Assembly (NCBI GenBank): GCA_044226625.1
Contig: JBGAGQ010000006.1
Location: 108,587-172,586 of the forward strand
Source of the DNA: Thermoanaerobaculia bacterium
GTDB lineage: Bacteria > Acidobacteriota > Thermoanaerobaculia > Multivoradales > UBA5704
Length of the DNA stretch: 64,000 nucleotides
Reading direction: 5' to 3'
This document shows, one piece after another, positions 19,697-35,414 of the stretch. Both the position numbers and the translations under genes were made by a program. Positions within the stretch are counted from its first letter, which is position 1; every line of letters begins with the position of its first letter. Under the pieces are notes generated by a model. That model saw only the letters and a list, made by a program, of their open reading frames with translations. It did not search any database and had not been told where the DNA came from.

Positions 19697-21204
19697 TCAC
19701 CCCGTTCGATCTTGCAGTCGGTCCGGAGCGCGCATCGAACCTGAGAGGCTTTCGTCCCGCCGGTCGAGAAGAGGGGCCAACACCCACGCTCCTCCGAAGG
19801 TGGAGAAGGTGCCGAGGACGACCAGCCAGGTCCAGCCTAGGGGGATCAGCTTCTTCTCGGAGAGGATCAGCAGCGCCAGCATCAGCGCCGCGCTTGCGAT
19901 CATCGCGACCAGGTTCGCGCGGTTTGCCCGGCGCTTCGTGACTAGGCCGAGCAAAAAGACTCCAAGGAGCGAGCCGAAGGTGACGCCGCCAATCTTGAAG
20001 GCGAGCCAGAGGATCTTGTCGAACGAGCTGAACCAGAAGGCGAGCAGGGCGAGGACGACGCCGAAACCGACGATGCTTACGCGCGACGCGGCCAGGTAGT
20101 GGCCGTCGCCGGCCGGCCGGCCGAGCTTCTCGCGGAGCGGCTGATAGACGTCCGTGATGAACGAGGTCGCGAGGGCGGCGAGCGGCGAGTCGATGCTCGC
20201 GAGGACGATCGACGACAGCATCAATCCGCGCAGGAAGCCGGGCATTGCGTGGCCGATGAAGTGGGGAAAGATCGCCTCGAGGTTCGCCGGGAGCCCCTCC
20301 GACGGATTCTGCGCGTAGAAGGCGTAGAGGGCGGTGCCGATCGCGAGATGGATGACCAGCACGAACAGGCTCACCCCCGTGGTCCAGAGCATCGTCCTCT
20401 GACTCGACTTTCGGGTCTCGACGGTGAGCAGTCGCTGCATCAGGTCCTGATCGGTGCCGCAGCAAGGGACGGCCCCCAATGGAACAGGCTCAGCCGGCCC
20501 GCCGGCTCGGCGAGCGCGAGCGCGCCGGAGAATCCGCCGTCAATTCGCGACAAGAGGAACGCGAGCGTCGCAATTCCCCCGACGACGATCACCACGGCCT
20601 GGATCACGTTGGTCCAGATGACCGCCCGCATACCGCCGAGCCCCATGTAAAGGATGCTCACGACGATGAAGCCCGCGATCACCGGCGCGATCGGCCAGCC
20701 GAGAAGGACCGAGACGGCGAGGCAGGCGGCCATCAAGCGCACGCCCGAACCGAGCAAGCGGGTGACGAAGAAGAAGATCGCCGCCGTGCTCTGGGTGAGC
20801 CGGCCGAACCGGCGCCCCAGAAACTGGTAGATCGAGGTGCAGTCGAATTTGTAGAACGCCGGGATGAACAGGAAGGCGATCGCCAGCCGCGCCGCGATCG
20901 AGCCGAGGAAGATCTGCAGGTACTGCCAGTTCTCGCGGAATGCCGTAGCCGGCACCGAAATGATCGTGACCGCGCTTACCTCGGTCGCCACGAACGCGAG
21001 ACAGGCGGCCCACGCGGGAATCCGACGTTGGCCGAGAAAGAACTCGGAGGTCGAAGTCTGGCGCCGCTCGAACAGCGCGCCGATGGCCACCATCGCGAGC
21101 AACAGGACCCCGAGGACGACGAAATCCTCCCAGCCGATCAAAGACTGTCCACCGAAGAGATTCAAACCATTCGCTTCCTTTCCCGGGAGCGGAAAGCTTC
21201 GCAC
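19697..21204 (-). pseudogene. Sodium:solute symporter (SSS) split by a frameshift/deletion near 20465
   Basis: N-half (FFLGQRRIPAW, ATEVSAVT, GGMRAVIWTN) and C-half (GTDQDLMQRLL, SIDSPLAAL) are in different frames, and the TM segment normally between them appears to be missing. Confidence 0.8.
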
Positions 21205-21351
21205 ATCGGCGCGACGGAGCCCACGCTCGGGCTAATACCCCTGCGCCTCGGTGCCGTCCTAACGGCTCGCGAGCGAGCTTTTCCGCGCCATTCTGCCGAT
21301 CCGGCGCAAGATGCCGCAGCCGCGACACCGTAGACCTTGAGAGCGTTCGCC

Positions 21352-21380
21352 TTGACCCCGCGGCGGGGCGAACTTATGCT
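21352..21380 (+). promoter_or_regulatory. Sigma70-type promoter for the HlyD-PCAT operon
   Basis: TTGACC-17bp-TATGCT. Confidence 0.6.
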
Positions 21381-21427
21381 CGACCAATTCTGGAGAGGAT
21401 GCTTATCTCGCATCAGGACAAGGATTT

Positions 21428-23524
21428 GTGGCGACCGAACGTGATTCCCTGAGGCTGATCCGCACCGACGCTGCGGAGCCGTCGATCCTGCTCGCCGGTT
21501 TCTCCGAGGGAGAGACCGAAGGGCAGCGGCGGCGGCTGGGGACGGGCGCGCGCGTGGAAGTCGCGCGGACGGAGGCGGAGATCCTTGCCCATTGCGAGCG
21601 CGGAGACGTCGCGGTGCTCGCCCTGGGATCCGCGTTCTCGGGCGATCCGGCGCGCCGGATCCTCGAGACGCTCCACGAGCGGATTCCCGGAGCGAAGACC
21701 CTCTACCTCGTCGCGTCCGGCGGCCCCGACCCCTCCGTCTTCCAAGAGCTGATCGACGAGGACCGGATCTTCTTCCTGAGCCTCCAGCCGCTGGGCGGGG
21801 ACGACCTCTCGGCCCTGCTCGAGAGCGCGATCACACGCTTCCGCACGCTTCGGCTCGCCGAGGAGGAGGCCGAGCGAGCGCGCCCTTCCTCGGATTCCGC
21901 GGCCACCACGGCGACCGGTCCGAAAGAAGGATTGGCTCTCGCCGGCACCCTGCCGCTACCGGCGCCCAAACGGGACGCGCGGGCGGAGCTATCGCGCCGG
22001 GTGCTCGCCGCCGCCGGGCGGCTCGCCGCCGAGCGCGATCCGGCCGCGGCGGCTTTTCTGATCCGCGAGGACCTCGTCGATCTGATCGCCGCGGCGCGCG
22101 CCCATCTCCTGCTCTACGACTTCGAGACCGAGGTCCTCTGGGAACGCCGCGGTGGAATGTCCGCGGAGGAACGGCGGGAGAGCGCTGCGGTCGGCGTCGT
22201 GAGCTTCGTCGCGCGAACGGGCCGCCCGGTCGTCGCGAACCGCCTCGCGGACGATCCCCGCTTCGAGCGCGAAGCCGACGATCCGGAAGGCGACGGTCAG
22301 GGGCCGTTCATGGCGCTCGCGATTCGCGAGCCCGCGGTCGCTCCCGCTCACTCCGGCCCGGGCTCCTCCGCGACGCCCGGTTCACTCGGGCCGATCGTCG
22401 CCGTGCTCGCGGCCCTTCGCAACCCCGGCTCCGAGCCGTTTTCCGCGGCCGAGCGCGAGGCGTTTTCGCTCTACGCCGAACGGGCCGCCCCGGCGCTCGC
22501 CCAACTGGCGCTCGAGGCCCGCCTCGCCGAGCAGGGCAAGCGCGACGAGCGCAACCTGCGCGAAGGGGCGCTCGGCGTTTTCCGCGAGGAGGCGCTCGAC
22601 CATCACATGGCGTCGGCGCGCAAGGAGGGAGACCTCCTGCGTATCTCGCCGGCCTGGATCGATTGGGCCTCCTGGCTGTTGCTCGGTCTCGCCGGCGCGG
22701 GGGTTCTCTTCCTCGCTCTCGGCCGGATCCACGAGCGGGCGACGGGAGTCGCCGTCGTCCGGCTCGGCGGGCGGAGCGAGATCACCGCGACCGCCGCCGG
22801 CACCGTCTCGTCGGTCGAGGCCCCCCCGGGGACGCGGGTGGAGCAAGGCGCCTCGCTGGTTCACCTCTACGGCGGCCCCGAAGCGGCGGAGCTTTCGCGC
22901 CTGGAGGGCGAATTCGAGCTGCAGCTCGCCTCGCGCCTGCGCGACCCGGGCGACCGCGGTGCGGAGGCGGCGCTGATCGGCCTCACCGGACAGATCGAGC
23001 TCGCGCGGGCGAGGCTCGCCGAGCGCGACGTGCGGGCTCCGCGCTCCGGGGTCGTGGCGGACGTAAGGGTGCGGGCCGGCCAACAGGTCGTGCCGGGGCA
23101 GGTGATCGCCTCGCTGTCCTCGATCCATGCCGCCGGTTCGGCGGATGGAGGCCCGCGGGTCGCCGTCCTTTTGCCCGGAAAGGTTCGTCCCCAGCTCGAA
23201 GTGGGATTGCCGATCCGTCTGGAGCTCGACGGCTTCCGCTATGCCTATCAACGACTGCAGATCGAGGCGGTCAACGACGAGGTTCTTGGCCCCGACGAGG
23301 CCCGGCGGCTGCTCGGCAGCGGCGTCGGCGAGGGGGCGCAGATCTCGGGCCCTGTCGTTTTCGCCTGGGCGCGCCTTCCGGACGACGGTTTCGTCGTCGA
23401 CGGTCGCCGCTATTCCTACTATGACGGCATGTGGGGCTCGGCCCAAGTCAGCCTGCGGTCCGAGCCGCTCGCCACCGCCCTGATCCCCGGCCTGCGCGTC
23501 CTCACCGGCGGAGGGCGCCGCTGA
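21428..23524 (+). CDS. HlyD-family adaptor with N-terminal degenerate receiver-like and GAF domains
   Basis: GAF pattern (GVVSFVARTGRPVV..LADDPRF..EAD...FSAAERE), FREEALDH motif before a single TM helix, lipoyl-hairpin halves (ATAAGTV / VRAPRSGVV). Confidence 0.8.
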   Translation: MATERDSLRLIRTDAAEPSILLAGFSEGETEGQRRRLGTGARVEVARTEAEILAHCERGDVAVLALGSAFSGDPARRILETLHERIPGAKTLYLVASGGPDPSVFQELIDEDRIFFLSLQPLGGDDLSALLESAITRFRTLRLAEEEAERARPSSDSAATTATGPKEGLALAGTLPLPAPKRDARAELSRRVLAAAGRLAAERDPAAAAFLIREDLVDLIAAARAHLLLYDFETEVLWERRGGMSAEERRESAAVGVVSFVARTGRPVVANRLADDPRFEREADDPEGDGQGPFMALAIREPAVAPAHSGPGSSATPGSLGPIVAVLAALRNPGSEPFSAAEREAFSLYAERAAPALAQLALEARLAEQGKRDERNLREGALGVFREEALDHHMASARKEGDLLRISPAWIDWASWLLLGLAGAGVLFLALGRIHERATGVAVVRLGGRSEITATAAGTVSSVEAPPGTRVEQGASLVHLYGGPEAAELSRLEGEFELQLASRLRDPGDRGAEAALIGLTGQIELARARLAERDVRAPRSGVVADVRVRAGQQVVPGQVIASLSSIHAAGSADGGPRVAVLLPGKVRPQLEVGLPIRLELDGFRYAYQRLQIEAVNDEVLGPDEARRLLGSGVGEGAQISGPVVFAWARLPDDGFVVDGRRYSYYDGMWGSAQVSLRSEPLATALIPGLRVLTGGGRR

Positions 23525-25794
23525 TGGCGGCCGAGGAGAAGGACATCCGGACGGAGAAAAGAGCTTCGAGCGGCCTCGTCGGACGTTTCCCCGCGCTCTC
23601 CCGCCTCACCGGCTGGGCGGGCGGCCGGCGCCGGATCCCCTACGTTCAGCAAACGGCGGCCTCCGACTGCGGCTCGGCCTGCCTCTCGATGGTGCTCGGG
23701 CTGTTCGGCAAAAACCTCCGGCTCGACGAGGTGCGCGAGATCGTCGGGTTCGGCCGTGAGGGGGCCTCGGCCCCGTCGATCCTGCGCGGTGGAGAGTGGT
23801 TCGGTCTGCGCGGACGCGGCGTCAAGGTCGAGCGGATCGAGGACCTGCGATTCGTCGACCAGGGGAGCATTCTTCACTGGAGGTTCAACCACTTCGTGGT
23901 CTTCGACCGCCTGCTGTCGGGCAACCGCGTGGCGATCGTCGATCCGGGCGGAGGCCGGCGGGTCGTGCCGTTCGAAGAGGCGAGGACCGCCTTTACCGGG
24001 GTCGCCCTGATCTTCGAGCCGGGCGAGGGGTTCGAACCGGCCGACAAGCGTCCTTCCGGCGTGCGCCGCTACCTGCGCCAGCTGCTCGGTCAATCGGGTT
24101 GGCTCGGCCGCGTGGTGGCGATCTCGGTGCTCGTCCAGTTGCTCGCGCTCGCGCTCCCGGTGCTCACAGGGATGATCGTCGATCGCGTCCTGCCGCAGGG
24201 CGATCTTTCCCTGCTTCAACTACTCGCGATCGGGCTCGGCGCGATCGTCCTCTTCCAGTATTTTGCCTCGCTGGTTCGCTCCTACCTGCTGCTCGCGCTA
24301 CGCACGCGGCTCGACGCGCAGATGACGCTCGATTTCCTCGACCATCTGGTGAACCTGCCCTACCTGTTCTTCCAGCAGCGTTCGGCGGGCGACCTGATGA
24401 TGCGGTTGAACTCGAACGCCACGGTGCGCGAAATCCTCACTTCGGGCGCCCTGTCCGGCGTGCTCGACGGCACGCTGGTGGTGCTCTATCTCGTGTTCGT
24501 CTTCGCCGCGTCGCCCTCGATGGGGCTTCTCGTCCTCGGGCTAGGCGCCCTGCGGCTGATCCTCTTCCTCGGCGCGCGTCGCAAGACGAGCGATCTCATG
24601 TCCGAGTCGCTCCAATCGCAGGCGGCGTCGCAGACCTACCAGGTTCAGATGCTCTCGGGCATCGAGACGCTCAAGGCGAGCGGCACCGAGCAGCGCGCGG
24701 TCGAGCACTGGTCGCACCTCTTCGTCGACACCCTGAACGTCTCGCTCGCCCGCGGCCGGCTTCAGGCTCTGATCGACGCGATGCTCGCGGCGCTCCAAAG
24801 CGGCTCGCCGCTGGTGATCATGCTCTTCGGTGCCTACCAGGTGCTCAACGCCGAGCTCTCGCTCGGCACGATGCTCGCCCTCAACGCGCTCGCGAACGGT
24901 TTCCTCACACCGCTCTCGACGCTGGTGTCCACCGCCTTCCAGCTGCAGTTGCTGGGCGGCTACCTCGAGCGGATCAACGACGTCATGGAGACGCCCGCCG
25001 AGCAGGACCTGGCCAAGGTTCGACGGACGCCGAAGCTGTCGGGCGAGATTCGTCTCGAAGAGGTGGCGTTCCGCTATGGCCCCTCGTTGCCGTTCGTCGT
25101 CAAGGAGGTTTCGGTCGAGATTCCGCCGGGCACGTTCGTCGCCCTGGTCGGGCGTTCCGGCGCGGGGAAGTCGACCCTTGCCGGCCTGCTCGTCGGGCTC
25201 TACGTGCCGACCTCCGGTCGCATCCTTTACGATGGGATCGACCTCGCCGAATTGGAGTTCCGCTCGTTGCGGAACCAGATCGGCGTGGTGCCTCAACATC
25301 CCTATCTGTTCGGCAGCTCGATCCGCGCCAACATCGCCCTCGCCGATCCCGAGCTGTCGCTCGCCGACGTCGCCCGCGCGGCGGAGAGAGCCCACATCCA
25401 CTCCGACATCCAGGCGATGGCGATGGGCTACGAGACGCTGGTCGCCGACGGCGGCGCGTCCCTTTCCGGAGGCCAGCGCCAACGTCTGGCGCTCGCACGG
25501 GCGCTGGTCCGAAAGCCCTCGATCCTCCTGCTCGACGAGGCGACCAGCGCGCTCGATTCGGTCACCGAACGGCGGATCCAGAAGGAGCTGGAGGCCTTAC
25601 GTTGCACCCGCATCGTCGTCGCCCACCGGCTGTCGACGATCCGCGCGGCCGACTTGATCCTGGTGATGGACGACGGTCGCCTGGTCGAAAGCGGTCACCA
25701 CGAAGCGCTGGTCGCCCGCGGCGGGATCTACGCCGACCTGGTCGCCGCCCAGCTCGCTCGCGGCGAGGAGGCGGCGGACCTGGTGATGCAGTAG
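23524..25794 (+). CDS. Peptidase-containing ABC transporter (C39 + TMD + NBD)
   Basis: QQTAASDCGSACL (catalytic Cys), HWRFNHFVV, GRSGAGKST, LSGGQRQR, LLLDEATSALD. Confidence 0.94.
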   Translation: MAAEEKDIRTEKRASSGLVGRFPALSRLTGWAGGRRRIPYVQQTAASDCGSACLSMVLGLFGKNLRLDEVREIVGFGREGASAPSILRGGEWFGLRGRGVKVERIEDLRFVDQGSILHWRFNHFVVFDRLLSGNRVAIVDPGGGRRVVPFEEARTAFTGVALIFEPGEGFEPADKRPSGVRRYLRQLLGQSGWLGRVVAISVLVQLLALALPVLTGMIVDRVLPQGDLSLLQLLAIGLGAIVLFQYFASLVRSYLLLALRTRLDAQMTLDFLDHLVNLPYLFFQQRSAGDLMMRLNSNATVREILTSGALSGVLDGTLVVLYLVFVFAASPSMGLLVLGLGALRLILFLGARRKTSDLMSESLQSQAASQTYQVQMLSGIETLKASGTEQRAVEHWSHLFVDTLNVSLARGRLQALIDAMLAALQSGSPLVIMLFGAYQVLNAELSLGTMLALNALANGFLTPLSTLVSTAFQLQLLGGYLERINDVMETPAEQDLAKVRRTPKLSGEIRLEEVAFRYGPSLPFVVKEVSVEIPPGTFVALVGRSGAGKSTLAGLLVGLYVPTSGRILYDGIDLAELEFRSLRNQIGVVPQHPYLFGSSIRANIALADPELSLADVARAAERAHIHSDIQAMAMGYETLVADGGASLSGGQRQRLALARALVRKPSILLLDEATSALDSVTERRIQKELEALRCTRIVVAHRLSTIRAADLILVMDDGRLVESGHHEALVARGGIYADLVAAQLARGEEAADLVMQ

Positions 25795-25827
25795 ATCCGC
25801 AGTAGATCCCGTCGCGGACCGATCAAA

Positions 25828-26361
25828 TCAGGACGCCGGTTTGGCTTCCGGCGGCGGCGCGGGCCACTGGAGATAGAGCCCCTGTGGCGTCTCGGTCGGA
25901 GGCAGGGCGGCCGGGGCAGCATCGCCCGCGGCACCCGGCAGGGAGCGGATGAAGCGATAGATCGACCGGAGGTCGTCGTCGGTCATCGCGTGGAGCGCCC
26001 AGACCGGCATCGGCGGCCGTGCGGCTGAGACCTTGGCGGCTCCCACCCACTGATCTTCCGAGAGCGCCGCGGTATGAAGCCTCAGGTTCGTCGGATAGGT
26101 CGTGCCCCACGGGCCGCGGTAGCCAAGCGGCGTGCCGCGCAGCCATTCGGCCTCGGCCAACTGGCCACCCGATTCCGGGAAGCCCGCGGTATGGCAGTCG
26201 TTGCAGCCGGCGATCGTCACCAGGTAGCGCCCACGCTCGGGCGAGGGTGATGCATCGGCGATGGCGGGAGCCGCGACCGGCTCCGGCTCGGGCGCCTTCG
26301 GAGCGCACGCGGAGGCGACGGCAGCGCCCAGCGCGAGCGCGAATAGGTTCCTCTTTCGCAT
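25828..26361 (-). CDS. Monoheme cytochrome c lipoprotein
   Basis: Lipobox ASAC; ERGRYLVTIAGCNDCHT; PPMP. Confidence 0.88.
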   Translation of the reverse strand: MRKRNLFALALGAAVASACAPKAPEPEPVAAPAIADASPSPERGRYLVTIAGCNDCHTAGFPESGGQLAEAEWLRGTPLGYRGPWGTTYPTNLRLHTAALSEDQWVGAAKVSAARPPMPVWALHAMTDDDLRSIYRFIRSLPGAAGDAAPAALPPTETPQGLYLQWPAPPPEAKPAS

Positions 26362-26494
26362 TGCAAGAGATCTCATAACGTCTTTCTCCTCAGAGAGTAA
26401 GCGGAATCTCAACGACCTGGTGGCCCAGGCGGGACAGATATACGACGCGCCGGCCGCTGGGTTTCACGGAAGGATCGGGGAACGGGTACGCCCG

Positions 26495-26539
26495 AAAAGA
26501 AGAGGCCCCGCTCTCTCCAAAGGAGAGAAGCGGGGCCTC
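26495..26539 (-). terminator. Intrinsic terminator after the ExeM-like gene
   Basis: Hairpin gaggccccgct...agcggggcctc (26502-26539) followed by TTCTTTT on the minus strand. Confidence 0.65.
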
Positions 26540-26565
26540 GGAAAATCGGCCGTCAAGCTAACCGA

Positions 26566-32106
<5,541 letters not shown>

Positions 32107-32359
32107 TGAGGTTCTCCCCAGGCGAGGGCTCGAATCGTAGGGCTCGGGTGCGGACGGTCCCTAGGAGTGGGAACGGCCCGCGAATTCTCGCACCCCCGCG
32201 CGGCGGCGGGGTCACGGCTCGACGTCAACGGTGCGGGGAAGATTACCCGAAAACCCGCCCCAGGGGATGGGGCACCGGCCCGGGCCGGACGAATCGATGT
32301 CGCCGGGGAGACCGGCCCGCCGGCCCGAAACATCGGACCGGCGTGTCCAGATCGCTTTG

Positions 32360-33811
32360 CTACTCCCAGACGATGAAGCCCGGACCGAGCAGGCCGTCCG
32401 GGTCGTACTTCTTTTTCGCGGCCTTGAGCGGCTCCCATTTCTCGCCGTAGTGGAGCGCCCAGCGCTCGGCCGTGTCGAAGGTGATGTAGCCGGAGAGATA
32501 GCGCTTCGCGCCGAACTGGTGGATCGACAGCTCGCTCGCGAAGTCGAGGTTCTGGAGGTAGGCCCGGTACAGGTTCTCGGGCTCTTTCGGCCAGGCTCCG
32601 AGCACGCCCCAGCCGAGCACGTACTCGCCGCCCGGGTGCATGAAGTACGGCACCTCCGAGCAGTCCGTGCGCGACGGCCAGAGGAGGACGTGGCCACCCA
32701 GGCCGAGCGCCGCCGGGGGGAGGTTCGAGAGGATCATCTCGACGTACTCCTTGGCGCCGTCCCAGGGAAGGATCGTCTCCATCCACGGATGGGTGTGATC
32801 CCAGTAGCCGGTCCGGCGCCAGATCGCGAACATCGGCTCCATCCGCTGGCAGAAATCGAAAAGCGACGAGTCCTCGGTGTGTGCGTGGCGATAAGGCGAC
32901 AGCTGGGCGAGGACCTGGTCGTCGTTCGGCTCCTCGCCGTCGGTGAACTCGATGGTGAGGAACATCGGGAAGATCCAATGCCCGAACCCGACCACGCCCA
33001 CCCCCGGCTCCATCCCTTCACCAATCCGGCGGAAGCCGAGCGGCGCCGGCGAGCAGATGCCGCCCATGCTCGCGAACGTGTCGCCGTCCATCACCTTCTT
33101 GGCGTCGGTCAGAAACGCTCCGAGATCGTCGTAGACCAGGGTGTACTGGCGGACGTTGGGTTTGGCCGGGCGCAGCCGCGTCTTCAGCCGGGTGATGATC
33201 CCGATCTGGCCGAGCGTGCAGCGGACGGCGTCGAACAGCTCGCGGTTCGTCTCCCGCGAGCAGACGACGATCTCCCCTTCGCCCGTCACCACCTCGAGCT
33301 CGATCGCGTTGTCGGCCTGCGAGCCGTTGCGGAAGCTCGCGACGCCGAGCCCCGCCATCGAGGTCGTGCCGGCGACCGTCACACCGAGGTTGTTGGTGAG
33401 CGTCGGCGGAATCAGCCCGCGATTGATTGCTGCCTTGACCAGGTCGCGCCAGACCACGCCCGCGCCGCAGTCGGCGTACAGGCCGTCCCCGTTGATCTCG
33501 TGGATCGTGTTCAGCAGGGCGGTGTCGACGACGATGCCGCCGTCGACCGTGCTCTGGCCGGTTTGGGTGTGGGCCTGGCCGCGCGGAACGATCGGAGTCC
33601 CGGTCCGCCGGCAGAAACGAACGACCTCGGCCACCTCGGCCGCCGAGGTGCAGCGGGCGATCGCCCGCGGGCGACGCTCGACCATGCGGCCGAAGTCGGA
33701 AAGGTAGGTGTCGAGAATGGAATCGGCCGTGAGCAGCCGGTCGCCGAGGAGCGCGCGCAGCTCATCGAGGGAAGCCGCGGTCTCGGTCGGGATAGGGGAA
33801 TGAACGGTCAT
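32360..33811 (-). CDS. FAD-binding oxidoreductase, cytokinin dehydrogenase-like
   Basis: PRGQAHTQTGQS (compare the GHS covalent-FAD motif), LGQIGIIT, WDHTHPWM, KKKYDPDGLLGPG. Confidence 0.75.
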   Translation of the reverse strand: MTVHSPIPTETAASLDELRALLGDRLLTADSILDTYLSDFGRMVERRPRAIARCTSAAEVAEVVRFCRRTGTPIVPRGQAHTQTGQSTVDGGIVVDTALLNTIHEINGDGLYADCGAGVVWRDLVKAAINRGLIPPTLTNNLGVTVAGTTSMAGLGVASFRNGSQADNAIELEVVTGEGEIVVCSRETNRELFDAVRCTLGQIGIITRLKTRLRPAKPNVRQYTLVYDDLGAFLTDAKKVMDGDTFASMGGICSPAPLGFRRIGEGMEPGVGVVGFGHWIFPMFLTIEFTDGEEPNDDQVLAQLSPYRHAHTEDSSLFDFCQRMEPMFAIWRRTGYWDHTHPWMETILPWDGAKEYVEMILSNLPPAALGLGGHVLLWPSRTDCSEVPYFMHPGGEYVLGWGVLGAWPKEPENLYRAYLQNLDFASELSIHQFGAKRYLSGYITFDTAERWALHYGEKWEPLKAAKKKYDPDGLLGPGFIVWE

Positions 33812-33938
33812 AGGAGCCTCCGGAAAGTTGGATTCTACCCCACCGAACCCTTGCGGCCCGGTCCTCCCGCCCTCGGTGCGCCGCTTCGAGACCTGGGATG
33901 AGCTTCGCGCTCCCGCCTTCCGGTCCTAACGAGGAGGC

Positions 33939-34997
33939 TCAGGGGGCCTCGACGACGTCGAGCGCGACTTCCGCCGCGATCTCGCCGACCGGCTGGCCGC
34001 GGACGGTGCGGATCTCCGGTCTCGCCAGGTCCGCCAAGGCGTCCCGCTCCTCGCCCGAGAGGACCCCCATCAGAAGCAGCATCTCGATCGCGACTCCGTC
34101 GCGACCGCGTTCGCCGCCGTCGGCGATCTTGAATGCCAGGCCGAGGGGAATCGGCGCGCGCACCGCCATGGCGTAAAACCCTTCGGCGCCTTCCTTGCCG
34201 ACCACCCGGCCGCCGGTCGCCGCGATCAATCGGGTGGTGAACCGTCCGGGGCCCGCGACCATCTCGGGGGCGGATCCCATCGCGTCGGCCACCCGATCGA
34301 GCGCGGCGGCGATCTCACCCGAGAGGCCCGCCGCCCGCGGATCGGCGAGCGCCGCGTAGGCGCGGGCCGCGGCGGCGATCGGAAGGTGGAACGCCGGAAC
34401 GCTGCAGCCGTCCGTGCCGAGACCGATCTCGCTCTCTTCGAGACGCGCGATCGACGCTACGTGGGCGAGGATCCGCCGCTCGAGCGGATGGTCGGGCTCG
34501 GTATAGGCGTCGGTCGCCAGCCCGAGCAAACGGCAGGCGAGAAGCATCCCCGCGTGCTTGCCAGAGCAGTTGCTGTGCAGCGCCGAGGGCGCTTCGCCTC
34601 GGCGCTCCAATTCGCGCGCCGCCTCCTCGTCGAACGGCCGGTGGGCGCCGCAGAGCAGGTCGGAGACGGAAAACCCACCCTTGGCCAGCAGGCGCGCGGC
34701 GCGTTCCGTGTGCTCGGGCCGCCCTCCGTGGGAGGCGCAGATGAGCGCGAGGTCTTCTTTCGCGAGCTCGAACCGCTCGGCCCCGCCCGCGAGCAGCAAG
34801 GGGAGGATCTGAAACGGCTTCGCCGCCGAGCGGACGTAGGTGGGAAGCTCCGGATCGCCGGTCGAGGCGACGAGGCGCCCCGAAGGGGTAGCCACCGCTG
34901 CCGCGCCGAGGATCCAAGACTCGGCGCGCCCATCCCTCGTCACCGCGGCGAAGGGCGCAAACGGGGAGGTTGCTGGCCGCCCGGAGGGGAGCGTCAT
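33939..34997 (-). CDS. L-asparaginase II (Rhizobium-type)
   Basis: RSAAKPFQ, CASHGG, NCSGKHAGML, DGCSVP, KEGAEG. Confidence 0.92.
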   Translation of the reverse strand: MTLPSGRPATSPFAPFAAVTRDGRAESWILGAAAVATPSGRLVASTGDPELPTYVRSAAKPFQILPLLLAGGAERFELAKEDLALICASHGGRPEHTERAARLLAKGGFSVSDLLCGAHRPFDEEAARELERRGEAPSALHSNCSGKHAGMLLACRLLGLATDAYTEPDHPLERRILAHVASIARLEESEIGLGTDGCSVPAFHLPIAAAARAYAALADPRAAGLSGEIAAALDRVADAMGSAPEMVAGPGRFTTRLIAATGGRVVGKEGAEGFYAMAVRAPIPLGLAFKIADGGERGRDGVAIEMLLLMGVLSGEERDALADLARPEIRTVRGQPVGEIAAEVALDVVEAP

Positions 34998-35332
34998 GCC
35001 TCCGAGGCGATCGCCGCGTCGACCGAATCGTAGGTCGGGAACAGCTCGGCCAATCGCGCCACGGCGAGCAATTTACGAATCCGCTCGGACGGGTTGACCA
35101 AGATCAGCTCGCGCTGGAAATCGCGGAATCGGCCGAGGTAGCCCACCAACTCGCCGATGCCGGTCGAGTCGATGTAGTTGATCTTCGAGAAGTCGATGAT
35201 CACGTGCCCTTGATCGTGATCGAGCGCGCGCTCGAGCGTCTGGGCGAAGAACTGAGCGCTCTCGCCGAGCTTGATGACACCCTCGACGTTGAGCACGGTG
35301 AACCCGGGCAGGTGACGTTTTTCGACGATCAT
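34994..35332 (-). CDS. STAS-domain anti-sigma factor antagonist
   Basis: IIDFSKINYIDSTGIGELV. Confidence 0.92.
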   Translation of the reverse strand: MIVEKRHLPGFTVLNVEGVIKLGESAQFFAQTLERALDHDQGHVIIDFSKINYIDSTGIGELVGYLGRFRDFQRELILVNPSERIRKLLAVARLAELFPTYDSVDAAIASEA

Positions 35333-35414
35333 GAGCGGGCCACGAGTCTAGCACGCGGCTCCCGGCCCGCTCCGTTCCTCGGCGGTTCGCCAGCCGGTCG
35401 GCTAGGAGTCGTCG

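Noticed and set aside
19062-20465. 467-aa ORF as a single gene
   Set aside because: A chimera of an off-frame symporter region and the Rpn C-terminal fragment.
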